Made by a program: the position numbers and the translations under genes. From an uncultured bacterium (GTDB taxonomy: Bacteria; Krumholzibacteriota; Krumholzibacteriia; JACNKJ01): DNA of 64,000 nucleotides. The DNA is taken from assembly GCA_963695095.1 (NCBI GenBank), contig CAVOFT010000001.1:2048001-2112000 (forward strand), given 5' to 3'. Below the pieces are notes generated by a model. The model was not told the origin of the DNA. It saw nothing but the letters and a program-made list of their open reading frames with translations, and searched no databases. The number at the start of each line of letters is the position of its first letter. Position 1 is the stretch's first letter. Shown piece by piece: positions 49,554-60,987 of this stretch.

Positions 49554-50689
49554 GCTGCGCCTCCCTTGGCCAGGGCGATGGCCTGCTGGACCGCCTCGTC
49601 CATCGTGGCGGCGGCGATCAGGTCCGTCTCGGCGAGCAGGCGCCGCGCCTCCTCCTCGTTGGTGCCCACCAGGCGCACGACCACGGGCAGGTGCAGGCCC
49701 GTCTTCGCCTTGGCCTCGATGATGCCCCGCGCGACGTCGTCGCAGCGGGTGATGCCGCCGAAGATGTTGAAGAGGATGGCGCGCACGGCCCGGTCGCGCG
49801 TGATGATCTCCAGGGCCTTGACCACCTTGTCCGGGTTCGAGCTGCCGCCGATGTCCAGGAAGTTCGCCGGCCGGCCGCCGTAGTGCTGGACCAGGTCCAT
49901 GGTGGCCATGGCCAGCCCGGCCCCGTTGACCAGGCAGCCCACGTTGCCCTCCAGCTTGACGAAGCTGAGGCCGGCCAGGCGCGCCTCGTCCTCTTCCGGC
50001 GTGGCCTCGGCGGGATCCCGCCAGCCGGCAATCTCGCTCTGGCGGTAGAGGGCGTTGTCGTCCAGGACCATCTTGCCGTCCACGGCCCAGACCTGCTCGC
50101 CGGGCGTGACGACGAGCGGGTTGATCTCCGCCAGCGTGGCGTCGCTGGCGTAGTAGGCCTGCCACAGGCGCGTGAGCACGTCGGCCATGCGCTGGGCCAC
50201 GCGGCCCTCGGCCACCTGGAAGGCCACTTGCCGCGCTTCGTGGGCACAGAGCCCGGCGACGGGATCGATGTGCCGCTTGACGATGCGCTCGGGCGTGCTG
50301 GCGGCCACTTCCTCGATATCGACGCCGCCGGCCGCCGAGACCATGAGCGTCGCGCACTGGGCGGCCCGATCCTGCACGATGCCGAGGTAGTACTCCTTCG
50401 CGATGTCCACGGCCCGCGTGACCAGCAGGCGGCGCACGGTCAGACCCTTGATCTCCATGCCGAGGATCTGATCGGCCTTGTCCCGGGCCTCGTCGTGGTG
50501 CCCGGCCAGCTTGACGCCGCCCGCCTTGCCGCGGCCGCCCACCAGCACCTGGGCCTTGATCACCACCGGTCCGCCCAGCTCGCGCGCCCTCTCCTTGGCC
50601 TCCTCCGGCGTGCGCACGACGAAGCCGTCGGGCACGGGGATCCCCTGGCGCCGGAAGAGCTCCTTGGCGCGATACTCGTGGATCTTCAC
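49550..50689 (-). CDS. sucC: succinyl-CoA synthetase beta subunit
   Basis: [38 protein letters not shown]. Confidence 0.97.
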   Translation of the reverse strand: MKIHEYRAKELFRRQGIPVPDGFVVRTPEEAKERARELGGPVVIKAQVLVGGRGKAGGVKLAGHHDEARDKADQILGMEIKGLTVRRLLVTRAVDIAKEYYLGIVQDRAAQCATLMVSAAGGVDIEEVAASTPERIVKRHIDPVAGLCAHEARQVAFQVAEGRVAQRMADVLTRLWQAYYASDATLAEINPLVVTPGEQVWAVDGKMVLDDNALYRQSEIAGWRDPAEATPEEDEARLAGLSFVKLEGNVGCLVNGAGLAMATMDLVQHYGGRPANFLDIGGSSNPDKVVKALEIITRDRAVRAILFNIFGGITRCDDVARGIIEAKAKTGLHLPVVVRLVGTNEEEARRLLAETDLIAAATMDEAVQQAIALAKGGAA

Positions 50690-52233
50690 TCGCCACTCCC
50701 GCGTTGCGACGGACGCCGCGCCCCGACTGAGGCCTGCGCCCGGCCGTCCTTTTCCTTCTCGATCGCCGCCGTGCTCGAGCGTCCCGGCAACATGGCGCAG
50801 CGGTGGACGCGCCCGCCCCAGCTCTTCACCTCGGCGGCGCCGACGATGTCCGCCTCGGCGTACTCGCCGCCCTTGACCAGTACCTCCGGGCGCAGGGCCT
50901 GGATCAGCGCCAGCGGCGTGTCCTCGCCGAAGACGGTGACCGCGTCCACCGAGCGCAGGTGCGCCAGCAGCTGGGCGCGGTCGCTCTCGCCGTGAACGGG
51001 CCGGCCCGGGCCCTTGAGCCGCGCGACCGAGGCATCGCTGTTCAGGCCCACGATGAGCAGATCGCCCTGCGCGGCCGCCTCGGCCAGCAGCGCCCGGTGC
51101 CCCGCGTGGAGCAGGTCGAAGCAGCCGTTGGTGAAGACCAGCCGCTCGCCGCGCGCCCGCGCCTCGGCCGCCCAGGCCTCCGCTCCTGCGCGCGAGAGGA
51201 TCAACGCCTCGCCGACCGGCTCCGCGGCCCCGCGCAACTGCTCGTCCAGGATGGCGGCCACCAGCTCGGCCGGCGTCACCGCAGCCGTGCCGATCTCCCC
51301 GACGACGATGCCGGCCGCCTGATTCGCGAGCTGCGCGCCTTCGTCGAGGCTCGCCCCTGCGGCGAGGGCGAGGGCCAGGGTCGCCACCACGGTGTCCCCG
51401 GCGCCGGTGACGTCGAAGACCTGGCGCGAGGTGGCCGGGAAGCGCCGCGAGGGGCCGCCCCCCGTGAAGAGGGCGATGCCGCCTTCGCCGAGGGTGATCA
51501 TCAGGGCCTTCAGCGCGAGCCGCTCCATCAAGCCCTCGCCGACACGTTCGAGGTCGGCCTCGCTGCGGATGGGCAGGCCGAAGGAGCCGCCGGCCTCGGC
51601 CTTGTTCGGCGTCACGAGGTCGACGCCGCGGTAGGCGGCGAAGTGCCCCTCCTTGGGATCGACGATGACGGGAACGCCCCGCTCGCGCGCGGCGGCCACC
51701 ACGGCGGTGACCAGCGGATCGGCGAGCACGCCCTTGCCGTAGTCGGAAAGGAGCAGCGCCTTCGCCTCGGCGAGCAGGGCCAGCGCGCGCGCCGTCAGGG
51801 CGGCCAGCGCCTCGCCCGTGGCGGGGCGTCGCTCCTCGCTGTCCACCCGGCAGATCTGCTGGCCGGCGCCGAGGATGCGCGTCTTGACCGTGGTCGGCCG
51901 ACCCGGATCGACGACGAGGTCCTCGCCATCGATGCCGGCTTCGGCCAGGGCCCCTGCGAGTTCCTGGCCGGCCTCGTCCTCGCCGCGCAGCGCGAGCAGG
52001 CGCGGGCGGCCGCCGAGCGCCGCGATGTTCCGCGCCACATTGGCGGCGCCGCCCAGCCGCCGCTCTTGCGAGCGGATGACCACCACGGGCACCGGCGCTT
52101 CGGGGCTGATCCGCTCGACGCTGCCTTTCAGGTAGCGATCGAGCATCGCATCGCCGATGACGAGGACGCTCAGGCCCTGCATGGCGTCGATGCGCCGGCG
52201 GAGGCGATCCAGACTGGCAGGGGGCGATTCCAT
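50686..52233 (-). CDS. hldE: bifunctional heptose-7-phosphate kinase / heptose-1-phosphate adenylyltransferase
   Basis: [45 protein letters not shown]. Confidence 0.96.
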   Translation of the reverse strand: MESPPASLDRLRRRIDAMQGLSVLVIGDAMLDRYLKGSVERISPEAPVPVVVIRSQERRLGGAANVARNIAALGGRPRLLALRGEDEAGQELAGALAEAGIDGEDLVVDPGRPTTVKTRILGAGQQICRVDSEERRPATGEALAALTARALALLAEAKALLLSDYGKGVLADPLVTAVVAAARERGVPVIVDPKEGHFAAYRGVDLVTPNKAEAGGSFGLPIRSEADLERVGEGLMERLALKALMITLGEGGIALFTGGGPSRRFPATSRQVFDVTGAGDTVVATLALALAAGASLDEGAQLANQAAGIVVGEIGTAAVTPAELVAAILDEQLRGAAEPVGEALILSRAGAEAWAAEARARGERLVFTNGCFDLLHAGHRALLAEAAAQGDLLIVGLNSDASVARLKGPGRPVHGESDRAQLLAHLRSVDAVTVFGEDTPLALIQALRPEVLVKGGEYAEADIVGAAEVKSWGGRVHRCAMLPGRSSTAAIEKEKDGRAQASVGARRPSQRGSGE

Positions 52234-52297
52234 GGGATCCTCGGCAGCTGGGCGAGAAAGGGCCGCGGCGGGCCGCTGGGCGCACCGGACTGCGCGC

Positions 52298-52327
52298 AAG
52301 CTATCACCGGCCCTTCCGAAGTGTCAA
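52298..52327 (-). promoter_or_regulatory. putative hldE-sucCD promoter
   Basis: TTGACA-N18-TAGCTT with an extended TG. Confidence 0.6.
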
Positions 52328-52426
52328 GAAAGGGGCTGGCGTGGCGCTCTGCGCCGTGCTTTCATGGCTCTGCAACGATGGCAGCGCGGCTGCCCCTTCC
52401 GCTCACTCCCACCCGCAGAGGCACCC

Positions 52427-52747
52427 ATGGCTGACGCTTCCGCCAAGTCCGGCACACCCGTCAAGCGCATCGACATCGATCTCGATGCCGCCACCGAGCA
52501 CTACGCCAACATCACCTTGATCAACCAGTCGAGCAACGAGTTCATCCTCGATTTCGCGCGGCTGATGCCCGGCCGGCCCAAGGCCTCGGTCAGCGCCCGC
52601 GTCATCATGGCGCCGGCCAACGTGAAGGCCCTGCTGCGCGGTCTGGCCCAGCACATCCAGCGCTACGAGGAATTGCACGGCGCCCTGCCGGAGCCCGCGA
52701 CGCAAGGGCCCCCCGTGGGCTTCGGCCCCGAGACGGGCCGCGCCTAG
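52427..52747 (+). CDS. DUF3467 family protein
   Basis: YANITLINQSSNEFILDF...ARVIMAP...YEELHG. Confidence 0.85.
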   Translation: MADASAKSGTPVKRIDIDLDAATEHYANITLINQSSNEFILDFARLMPGRPKASVSARVIMAPANVKALLRGLAQHIQRYEELHGALPEPATQGPPVGFGPETGRA

Positions 52748-53685
52748 GCCGCCTCGCCGTCCGGACCCGCCGCAGCGCCCGACCCCGCAGGCCGCGGCAG
52801 GCCGTCCGCGCCGCGCGGCGCCCGCTTCCAGCGCCGGTGCAACCAGAACCAGTGCTCGGGATGCCGGCGGATCATCGCCTCCAGGCCCGCCGTGTGGGCG
52901 GCAGTGAGGCGCTCGACATTGACATCGTCGGCCGCGCCCGCGGGCCAGAGCGGCGCCTCGTAGATCACGCGGAAGCGGCGTCCCTGGCGCCGCAGGTAGG
53001 CCGGCACGAGCGGCGCGCCCGTGCGCAGGCTGAGGTAGGCCGCACCCGGGTGCGTGAGGCTCTCGCGCCCGAAGAAGGGCACGAGGATGCCGTGCCAGCG
53101 CGCCTCCTGGTCGCCTTGAACGCCCACGACATCGCCCGCGCGCAGGGCCTTCATCACCGCGCGCAGGCCCATGCCGCGGTGCTCGATGGAAAAGCCGAGC
53201 GAGCGGCGCAGGTCGTTCATCGCGGCGTCCACGGCGGGATTGGCGAGATCGCCCACCATCAGGTGCACGCGCAGGCCGAGAGCCTGCGTGGCCAGGGCCA
53301 GCAGCTCCCAGTTGCCGAAGTGGGAGGCGATGAAGAGCACGCCCCTGCCCGCCGCGCGCGCGGCGGCGAGCTGCTCCAGGCCCTCGTAGTCGACCCGCGC
53401 GAGCACGCGGCGGCGAGGGAAGGCAGGCAAGGCGAAAGTCTCGGCGTAGCTGCGCCCGAACTGGGCGTAGCAGTCGGCGGCGATGCGGCGCAGTTCAGCG
53501 TCGCTCTTCTCGTCGCCGAAGGCGAGGCGCAGGTTCTCCATCACGACGCGGCGACGGATGCCCAGGGCATGGGCCAGGCGGCCCAGCAGCGCGCCCTGGG
53601 CGCTGATCCAGCTCCAGGGAAAGAGGTTCCCCAGGGCGAGGCCGCCGCGAACCAGCGCGTATTCGATGCGGTGTTTGAGGTGCAT
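52744..53685 (-). CDS. lipid A late acyltransferase (LpxL/HtrB family)
   Basis: HFGNWE, DQ, VPFFG, PEHWFWLHRRWK. Confidence 0.92.
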   Translation of the reverse strand: MHLKHRIEYALVRGGLALGNLFPWSWISAQGALLGRLAHALGIRRRVVMENLRLAFGDEKSDAELRRIAADCYAQFGRSYAETFALPAFPRRRVLARVDYEGLEQLAAARAAGRGVLFIASHFGNWELLALATQALGLRVHLMVGDLANPAVDAAMNDLRRSLGFSIEHRGMGLRAVMKALRAGDVVGVQGDQEARWHGILVPFFGRESLTHPGAAYLSLRTGAPLVPAYLRRQGRRFRVIYEAPLWPAGAADDVNVERLTAAHTAGLEAMIRRHPEHWFWLHRRWKRAPRGADGLPRPAGSGAAAGPDGEAA

Positions 53686-53696
53686 GGCGCCGCAGT

Positions 53697-54773
53697 CTAG
53701 CCTGCGGCCTCGCCCCGCGCAACGGCGGCCATCCGGAAGCGACCGCCCGCCAGACGCTCGATCCAGCCCGCCTGCTCCCACCGCGCAAGGCAGTCGAGGG
53801 TCTCGGTGAGCAGCCAGCCCGTGCGCGCCGAGAGCCGCTCGGCGTCGAGGACGCCCTCTCGCGCGCAGCGCTCGGGTGTCCAGGGCTCCGGATCGCAGGG
53901 CGCGGCGGGGCCGGCGGCGCTCGCCTCGCCCCACAGACGCGGCAGGTCCTCCGGTCCGAGAATCAGGTGGCAACCCTCGGCCAGCAGACGATTGCTCCCG
54001 GCCGCGGACGGGTTGAGCGGATTCGCGGGCACGGCCCCCAGCTCGCGGCCCAGGGCCTGGCTCTCGCGCGCGGTGTGCAGGGCCCCGCTGGCCGCCCCCG
54101 CCTCGACCACGAGCAGCCCCACGCCGAGGGCGGCGATGAGGCGATTGCGGCGCGGAAAATGGAAGGGCAGGGGCGGCGTCCCCGGCGGGAATTCGCTGAG
54201 CAGTCCGCCCGCCGCCTCCAGGCTGGCGGCCAGGGGCTTCGCCTCCGGCGGATAGATCTGATCGAGGCCGCAGCCCAGCACGGCCCAGCTCGGCCCCAGC
54301 TCCAGGCTGCCGCGCTGAGCCGCCTGGTCGATGCCGCGGGCGAGCCCGCTGACGACGGGAAAGCCCGCCGCGGCGGCCGCCCGGCCCAGCCGCCGAGCCA
54401 TCTCCAGCCCCGCGCCGCTGGCTCGCCGACTGCCGACGATCGCCAGCATCGGCTCATCCGCTGCCGGCAGGCGACCGCGATAGAAGAGGACCGGCGGTGG
54501 CTCGCCGAGCTGCCTGAGGGCGGGCGGGTAGCCCGGCGCGTCCAGCGTCAGACAGCGGATGGCGAGCTGCCGGCAGCGCTCCGCCTGGCCGGCGAGGCTG
54601 GCCGGCGGCGGCAGCTCGCTCGCCCCGCCTTCGGTGCGCAGGGGCCCCAGCCAGGCGCGCAATGGCCCGCCGGCAGCGGCGAGCGCGGCCAGGCGCGCGG
54701 GGCGATAGAGCAGGCGATGGGCGAGCTCGAGCAGCTCCGGGTCCGGGTACAGGGCACACCTCCCGGCTTCCAC
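53697..54773 (-). CDS. dprA: DNA-processing protein DprA
   Basis: YPPALR...PPPVLF, AIVGSR, VSGLARGID, FPRRNRLIA. Start is either GTG 54773 or CTG 54752 (GGAGG-N6-CTG). Confidence 0.93.
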   Translation of the reverse strand: MEAGRCALYPDPELLELAHRLLYRPARLAALAAAGGPLRAWLGPLRTEGGASELPPPASLAGQAERCRQLAIRCLTLDAPGYPPALRQLGEPPPVLFYRGRLPAADEPMLAIVGSRRASGAGLEMARRLGRAAAAAGFPVVSGLARGIDQAAQRGSLELGPSWAVLGCGLDQIYPPEAKPLAASLEAAGGLLSEFPPGTPPLPFHFPRRNRLIAALGVGLLVVEAGAASGALHTARESQALGRELGAVPANPLNPSAAGSNRLLAEGCHLILGPEDLPRLWGEASAAGPAAPCDPEPWTPERCAREGVLDAERLSARTGWLLTETLDCLARWEQAGWIERLAGGRFRMAAVARGEAAG

Positions 54774-54906
54774 CAGCAAGAATTGCCCCCCGATGTGGCT
54801 TCCATAACTAACTACAATACATGTGATTAAGGGATCCACCTGAAGGGGATTCGGCGATCTTGACAATGCCGTGGGCGGACGGGCCGATCGCCTGGCAAGC
54901 CTCTTG

Positions 54907-55829
54907 TCAGTCGGCGAGGATCGCCGCGAGCCCCGTCTCCAGATCGGGGTAGCGCCAGACGAAACCAGCCTCCTCCAGGCGCCGGGGCCGCACGGCGGCG
55001 CCCTCGAGGAGCAGGGCCTGGGCCATCTCGCCGAGCAGCAGCCGCAGCGCGAAGGCGGGCGCCGGCAGGAGGGCCGGCCGCTGCAGCGCCTGCCCCAGCG
55101 CGCGCGCGAAATCGGCCTGCCGGCAGGCGGCCGGAGCGACGAGATTGACCGGGCCGGCCAGCTCCTCCCGCTCGAGACAGAAGCGGATGGCGGCCAGCAG
55201 GTCCGCCAGGGCGATCCAGCTCAAGTACTGGCGACCGCTGCCCAGTGGCCCGCCCAGGCCGAGGCGATACAGCGGCAGGAGGCGCGCCAGGGCCCCGCCC
55301 TCCCGGCTGAGCACCGTGCCGATGCGCAGGTTCACCACGCGCAGGCCGGCCGCCTGCGCCGGCGCTGCGGCTGCCTCCCAGTCGCGGGCCAGCTCGGCGA
55401 GGAAGCCCTGGCCGGCTGGGCTGGACTCGTCCACCGGCGCTTCGCCGGCGTCGCCGTAGATGCCCACCGCCGAGGCGCAGAGGAAGGCGCGGGGCGGCCG
55501 CGGCGAGCGCGCCAAGCTCTCGGCCAGGAGACGGGTGCTCGCCAGCCGGCTCTCGCGCAGGGCGCGCTTGCGGGCGGGCGTCCAGCGGCCGGCGGCGATG
55601 CTCTCGCCGCCCAGGTGGATGAGGGCGTCCAGGCCGGACAGCGCCGCGGCATCGAGCTCGCCGCGCGCGGGATCCCAGGCGATCTCCTCCGCGCTGCGGA
55701 CGGGCCGCCTCACGAGACGCCGGATCCGCCAGCCCGCCTCGCCGAGCGCCGCCCTCAGGGCGCTGCCGATGAACCCGCCCGCGCCGGCGATGGCGACGCT
55801 ACGCGCCTGCGCGCTCGCCGCAGGCTCGC

Positions 55830-55833
<4 letters not shown>
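54907..55833 (-). CDS. TIGR01777-like NAD-dependent epimerase/oxidoreductase
   Basis: AGAGGFIG, RWTPARK...SR, SAVGIYG, GPLGSGRQYLSWI. ATG 55833 overlaps the obgE stop. Confidence 0.92.
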
Positions 55834-56860
<1,027 letters not shown>

Positions 56861-56861
56861 C

Positions 56862-58055
56862 TCAGGCTCCCTGGCCGATGAAGCGCTCCAGGCGGTCGAA
56901 GGCCGCGGCCAGCTCCGCGTCCGAGGCGGCGAAGGACAGGCGCGCCCAGGCCGGCATGCCGAAGGCATCGCCCGGCACGAGGGCCAGGCCCTCCGCATCC
57001 AGGAGCTGCGTGCAGAACTCGGCGCCGTCGGCCCAGCCGCGCGCCCGGCACACGGGCGTCGTGTCGAAGAACAGGTAGAAGGCGCCCTCGGGCTCGACGA
57101 AGGGCAGGCCGAGCTTGCGCATCCGCCCCAGGCAGTAGCCGAGCCGCGTCTCGAAGGCCGCGCACATGGGCGCCACGCTGGCCCGCCCCTCGCCGAGGGC
57201 CACGAGCGCCGCGCGCTGGCTGATCTGACTGGGGCTGGACAGGGCCTGGCTCTGGTAGCTGGCCAGCGCCGTGATCAGGCCCTTCTCGCCGATCGCGTAG
57301 CCCAGGCGCCAGCCCGTCATCGCGTAGCTCTTCGAGAAGCCCGACACCACCACCGTGCGCTCGGGCAGCCAGTCTTCGAGGTTGTAGAAGGACTGGTGCC
57401 GGCGGCCGCCGTAGACGAGATCCTCGTAGATCTCGTCGGCGATGATGATGAGATCGCGCTCCCTGGCCACGGCGGCCAGCTCCCGTAGCTCCGCCGCGCT
57501 GTAGACGGCGCCGGTCGGATTGGTCGGGTTGTTGAGCAGGAGCACCTTGGCGCGCGGCGTGATCGCCGCCTGCAGGCCCGCCGCGTCCAGCTTGTGGCCC
57601 TTGGCATAGTCCGTGGCCACGGCCACCGGCACCCCGGCGCGCATCTTCACCATCGCCTCGTAGCTCACCCAGAAGGGCACGGGGTAGAGCACCTCGTCTC
57701 CCGGTTCGAGCAGGATGCACAGGAGGTAGTAGAGCAGGGGCTTGGCGCCGCTGGACACGCAGACATTGTCGGCCGCCAGCGGCAGCCCCCAGCGCTCGCT
57801 GTAGAAGGCCGCGATCTTGGCCCGCAGCGCGGGCTCGCCGGCCGCGGCCGTGTAGCGCGTGGCTCCGGCGCGAATCGCCGCGATGCCGGCCTCGGCCACC
57901 ACCGCCGGGGTGGCGAAGTCCGGCTCGCCCGCCGTGAGCGAGATCACGTCCCTGCCCTCGCTCTTCAGGCGCGCCGCGAGGGCGGTGACGGCCAGGGTTT
58001 TGGACGGCTCCACCGCGCGTCCGATGCTGTTCAGCTTTGCCGAGAAGCGCTCCAC
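56862..58055 (-). CDS. class I/II PLP aminotransferase (AspC-like)
   Basis: GEPDF, NNPTNPTG, DEIY, SKSYAMTGWRLGY. Confidence 0.94.
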   Translation of the reverse strand: MERFSAKLNSIGRAVEPSKTLAVTALAARLKSEGRDVISLTAGEPDFATPAVVAEAGIAAIRAGATRYTAAAGEPALRAKIAAFYSERWGLPLAADNVCVSSGAKPLLYYLLCILLEPGDEVLYPVPFWVSYEAMVKMRAGVPVAVATDYAKGHKLDAAGLQAAITPRAKVLLLNNPTNPTGAVYSAAELRELAAVARERDLIIIADEIYEDLVYGGRRHQSFYNLEDWLPERTVVVSGFSKSYAMTGWRLGYAIGEKGLITALASYQSQALSSPSQISQRAALVALGEGRASVAPMCAAFETRLGYCLGRMRKLGLPFVEPEGAFYLFFDTTPVCRARGWADGAEFCTQLLDAEGLALVPGDAFGMPAWARLSFAASDAELAAAFDRLERFIGQGA

Positions 58056-58078
58056 GCTTCGCCTCCTTCACCTGGGCC

Positions 58079-58561
58079 CTAGGGCAGCTTCCCCAGTTTT
58101 CGCAGCTCGGCCAGCACGGGCGCCGGCACGAAGCAGTCCACGTTGCCGCCGTAGCGGAGGATCTCCTTGACCAGCGAGCTGCTCAGCGACAGATAGGGCT
58201 CGCTGGGCATCATGAAGATGGTCTCGAAGCTCGCGAGCAGCTTGCGATTGGTCAGCGCCATCACCAGCTCGGCCTCGAAGTCGCTGAAGGCCCGCACGCC
58301 CCTGAGCACGGCAGCGACCTGCAAGCGCTCCACCTGCTCGGTGAGCAGCGTATCGAAGCCGATCACCCGCAGGTGGGGCATGCCGGCGGTCATCGTCTCC
58401 ATCAGACGCAGTCGCTCCGGCAACGCCAGCAAGGTACGCTTTTCCCGGTTTTCCGCCACCGCGACGATCAGCTCATCGCAGAGGGGCAGGGCCCGCTGGA
58501 TGAGATCGAGATGGCCGCGGGTCGGCGGATCGAAGGTGCCCGGGTAGAGCCAGCGCTTCAT
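58079..58561 (-). CDS. coaD: pantetheine-phosphate adenylyltransferase
   Basis: YPGTFDPPTRGH, RGVR...DFE, SSSLVKEI. Confidence 0.96.
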   Translation of the reverse strand: MKRWLYPGTFDPPTRGHLDLIQRALPLCDELIVAVAENREKRTLLALPERLRLMETMTAGMPHLRVIGFDTLLTEQVERLQVAAVLRGVRAFSDFEAELVMALTNRKLLASFETIFMMPSEPYLSLSSSLVKEILRYGGNVDCFVPAPVLAELRKLGKLP

Positions 58562-59163
58562 GGCCCCTCCTCACTATTGTCGCGCTGCGGCGTCCGCCGC
58601 AGCTGGGTGTCGCGCTGCGGCGCGGGCCGCAGCAGGGTGACGCGCGTGTCGCCGGCGCAAAGCACGCGCTCGACGACGAGCAGCGGCGGCAGCGGCAGCT
58701 CTCGATTCTCGCTCTCGAAGGCCAACCAGGCCGGCTGCCCCGAGCTCAGGGCGGCGATGGCCGCCAGCGCGGCGCCGCCCACCGGATCGCCGTAGGGCGG
58801 ATCGAGGAAGACGCCGTCGGGCCCCGGCTCGGGCCAGGCCTCGGCGATGAAACGGAGCACCTCCTGCCGCTGCCAGCTCACCGCCAGCTCCGGCGCCGCG
58901 GCGACGAGCGGGGCGAGATTGCGCTGGAGCACTGCCAGACTGGCCCGGGCGCGGTCCACGAAGAGGGCGCCGGCCGCGCCGCGGCTGAGCGCTTCGATGC
59001 CCAGGCTCCCCGTGCCGCAGAAGAGATCCAGCACGCGCGCGCCGGCCAGGCGCGGCTCGAGCACGGCGAAGAGCTGCTCGCGCAGGCGGTCGCTCGAGGG
59101 CCGCACGCCGGGCGGCGCCGGCCCCAGGCGCCGGCCGCGAAAGCGTCCAGCGATCACGCGCAT
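58558..59163 (-). CDS. rsmD: 16S rRNA m2G966 methyltransferase
   Basis: MRVIAGRFRGRRL, LDLFCGTGSLGIEALSRGA, DPPY; own SD AAGGAGG. Confidence 0.94.
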   Translation of the reverse strand: MRVIAGRFRGRRLGPAPPGVRPSSDRLREQLFAVLEPRLAGARVLDLFCGTGSLGIEALSRGAAGALFVDRARASLAVLQRNLAPLVAAAPELAVSWQRQEVLRFIAEAWPEPGPDGVFLDPPYGDPVGGAALAAIAALSSGQPAWLAFESENRELPLPPLLVVERVLCAGDTRVTLLRPAPQRDTQLRRTPQRDNSEEGP

Positions 59164-59694
59164 GGGCCCTCCTTGCCGCGGGCGGCGGCGAGGATACGCC
59201 GGGCCAGCCCCTCGCGCAAGCGGCGGGGCGGCTCGGCGTCGTCCACGGCACCGAGGGGCAGGATGAGCTGGGCGAGCTCGCGGTAGAGCGGATCGCGCTG
59301 CTCCCAGCGCGCGCGGAGCGCGCCTTCGCCGGCCGCCGCCAGGGGCCGCCGGCCGGGTCGGGCCGCCAGGCGGCGCCGCGAGCAGTGACCAGTCCCAGTC
59401 GAGGTAGACGCAGAAGCCGGCCGCCAGCAGCGCGCGGTTGGCCTCGGTCTCCACGACGCCGCCGCCGGTGGCGAGGACGAGCTGGTCCTGGCCCGCGAGG
59501 GCGGCCAGGGCCGCCTGCTCCTCGCGGCGAAAGGCCGCCTCGCCGGCCCAGGCGAAGAGGGCGGGAATGCTGAGCCCGCTGCGGCGCTCGATCTCGGCAT
59601 CGAGGTCCAGGCAGGCGAGGCCGCCGAGCTCGGCGATCACGCCGGCGAGGCGGGTCTTGCCCGCGGCCATGAAACCGAGCAGATGGATGCGCAT
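59154..59694 (-). CDS. aroK: shikimate kinase, with one frameshift (~59379)
   Basis: GFMAAGKT, DLD, GEAAFR, TGGG, then RPL...RDPLY in the shifted frame. Length 541 nt = 180 codons + 1. Confidence 0.9.
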
Positions 59695-59698
59695 GCGT

Positions 59699-60877
59699 CT
59701 AGCGCCCCGCCTGCTGCCGGCGATAGCGCCGCCAGGCGGCCTTGAGGTCGGCCATCGTGGCCGCGGGGAACTCGTCGAGCACGGCATCGGCCAGCACGAG
59801 CGCGACCATCGCCTCCATGACCACCCCCATCGCGGCCACGGCCGTGCAGTCGCTGCGCTCGCGCAGGGCCTTGACGGGCCGGTGGCTCGCGATGTCCACG
59901 CTGTCCAGCGGCTGCACGAGCGTCGCCAGCGGCTTCATCGCGCCGCGCAGGAGCAGCGGCTCGCCCGTCGTCATGCCGCCCTCGAGACCCCCCATCCGAT
60001 TGGAGCCGCGGCGGTAGTGCAGCGCCTCGCCCTTGCCGGCCGGCAGGATCGCGTCCATCGCGCGGCTGCCGCGCATGTGGGCGTTCTCGAAAGCGGGACC
60101 GATCTCCACGCCCTTGACCGCGGGGATGGACAGGATGGCCGCGCCCAGGCGCGCGTCGAGGCGCCGCTCCCAGTGCACGTAGTGGCCGAGGCCGGGCGGC
60201 AGGCCCAGGGCCACGACTTCGGCCAGACCGCCCAGGGTGTCGCCGTCCTGCCAGACGGCCTTGATCGTGCGCTGCATGCGGGCGTAGGCCTCCACGTCGG
60301 CGACGTGCAGATCGTTGGCGGCGGCGCCGGCGGCGAGCGCCGCGAGGTCCGTGTAGTCGATGCGCGCCTTGACGCCGCCGATGGCGAGCACATGGCTGAA
60401 GAGCGTCACCCCGAGTTCGGCCAGCAGCAGGCGGCAGACGCTGCCGGCGGCCACCCGCGCCGCCGTCTCGCGGGCGCTGGCGCGCTCGAGCACGTTGCGG
60501 ATATCGGCCGTGCCCGTCTTGAGCACGCCGGCCAGGTCGGCGTGGCCGGGGCGAGGCTGGGTCACGGGCTTGGGCGCCTTGCCCCCCCGCCTCGCCTCGG
60601 GATGCATGCTCGCTTCCCAGTTCGGGTAGTCGAGATTCTCGATCCAGAGCGCCAGCGGACTGCCCAGGGTGACACCCCGGCGCAGGCCGCCGGTGATGCG
60701 CACGCGGTCCTTTTCGATCTTCATGCGCCCGCCGCGGCCGTAGCCCTCCTGACGGCGGGCGAGTTGCTCGTCGATGCGGGCGGGGCTCACGCGCAGGCCC
60801 ATCGGCAGGCCCTCGAGCAGGGCCGTCAGGCCGGGGCCGTGGGATTCGCCGGCGGTGGTCAGCTGGAGATGGCGCAT
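59699..60877 (-). CDS. aroC: chorismate synthase
   Basis: TAGESHG, PRPGHAD, ERASARETA, GGLEGG, ERSD. Confidence 0.97.
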   Translation of the reverse strand: MRHLQLTTAGESHGPGLTALLEGLPMGLRVSPARIDEQLARRQEGYGRGGRMKIEKDRVRITGGLRRGVTLGSPLALWIENLDYPNWEASMHPEARRGGKAPKPVTQPRPGHADLAGVLKTGTADIRNVLERASARETAARVAAGSVCRLLLAELGVTLFSHVLAIGGVKARIDYTDLAALAAGAAANDLHVADVEAYARMQRTIKAVWQDGDTLGGLAEVVALGLPPGLGHYVHWERRLDARLGAAILSIPAVKGVEIGPAFENAHMRGSRAMDAILPAGKGEALHYRRGSNRMGGLEGGMTTGEPLLLRGAMKPLATLVQPLDSVDIASHRPVKALRERSDCTAVAAMGVVMEAMVALVLADAVLDEFPAATMADLKAAWRRYRRQQAGR

Positions 60878-60931
60878 CGCAGTCCTCGGGCGGCGGTTGG
60901 CCGGGAGCCTAGCGCCTGGCCCCCGCGGGGT

Positions 60932-60969
60932 AAACAAAAACCCGGCCCCCGCGGCGCGGGGACCGGGTT
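60932..60969 (-). terminator. intrinsic terminator after pilQ
   Basis: Minus strand AACCCGGTCCCCGC-GCC-GCGGGGGCCGGGTT, then TTTGTTT. Confidence 0.85.
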
Positions 60970-60987
60970 CGCCCGAGAACGGCGGCC

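Noticed and set aside
58578..58622. 15-bp direct repeat (PQRD twice) at the rsmD 3' end
   Set aside because: Only two copies, in a variable C-terminal tail; not an array or a target-site duplication.
58558..59787. Apparent AroK-RsmD fusion
   Set aside because: Caused by one extra base at ~59379. The AroK C-terminus is in another frame and rsmD has its own SD and ATG.
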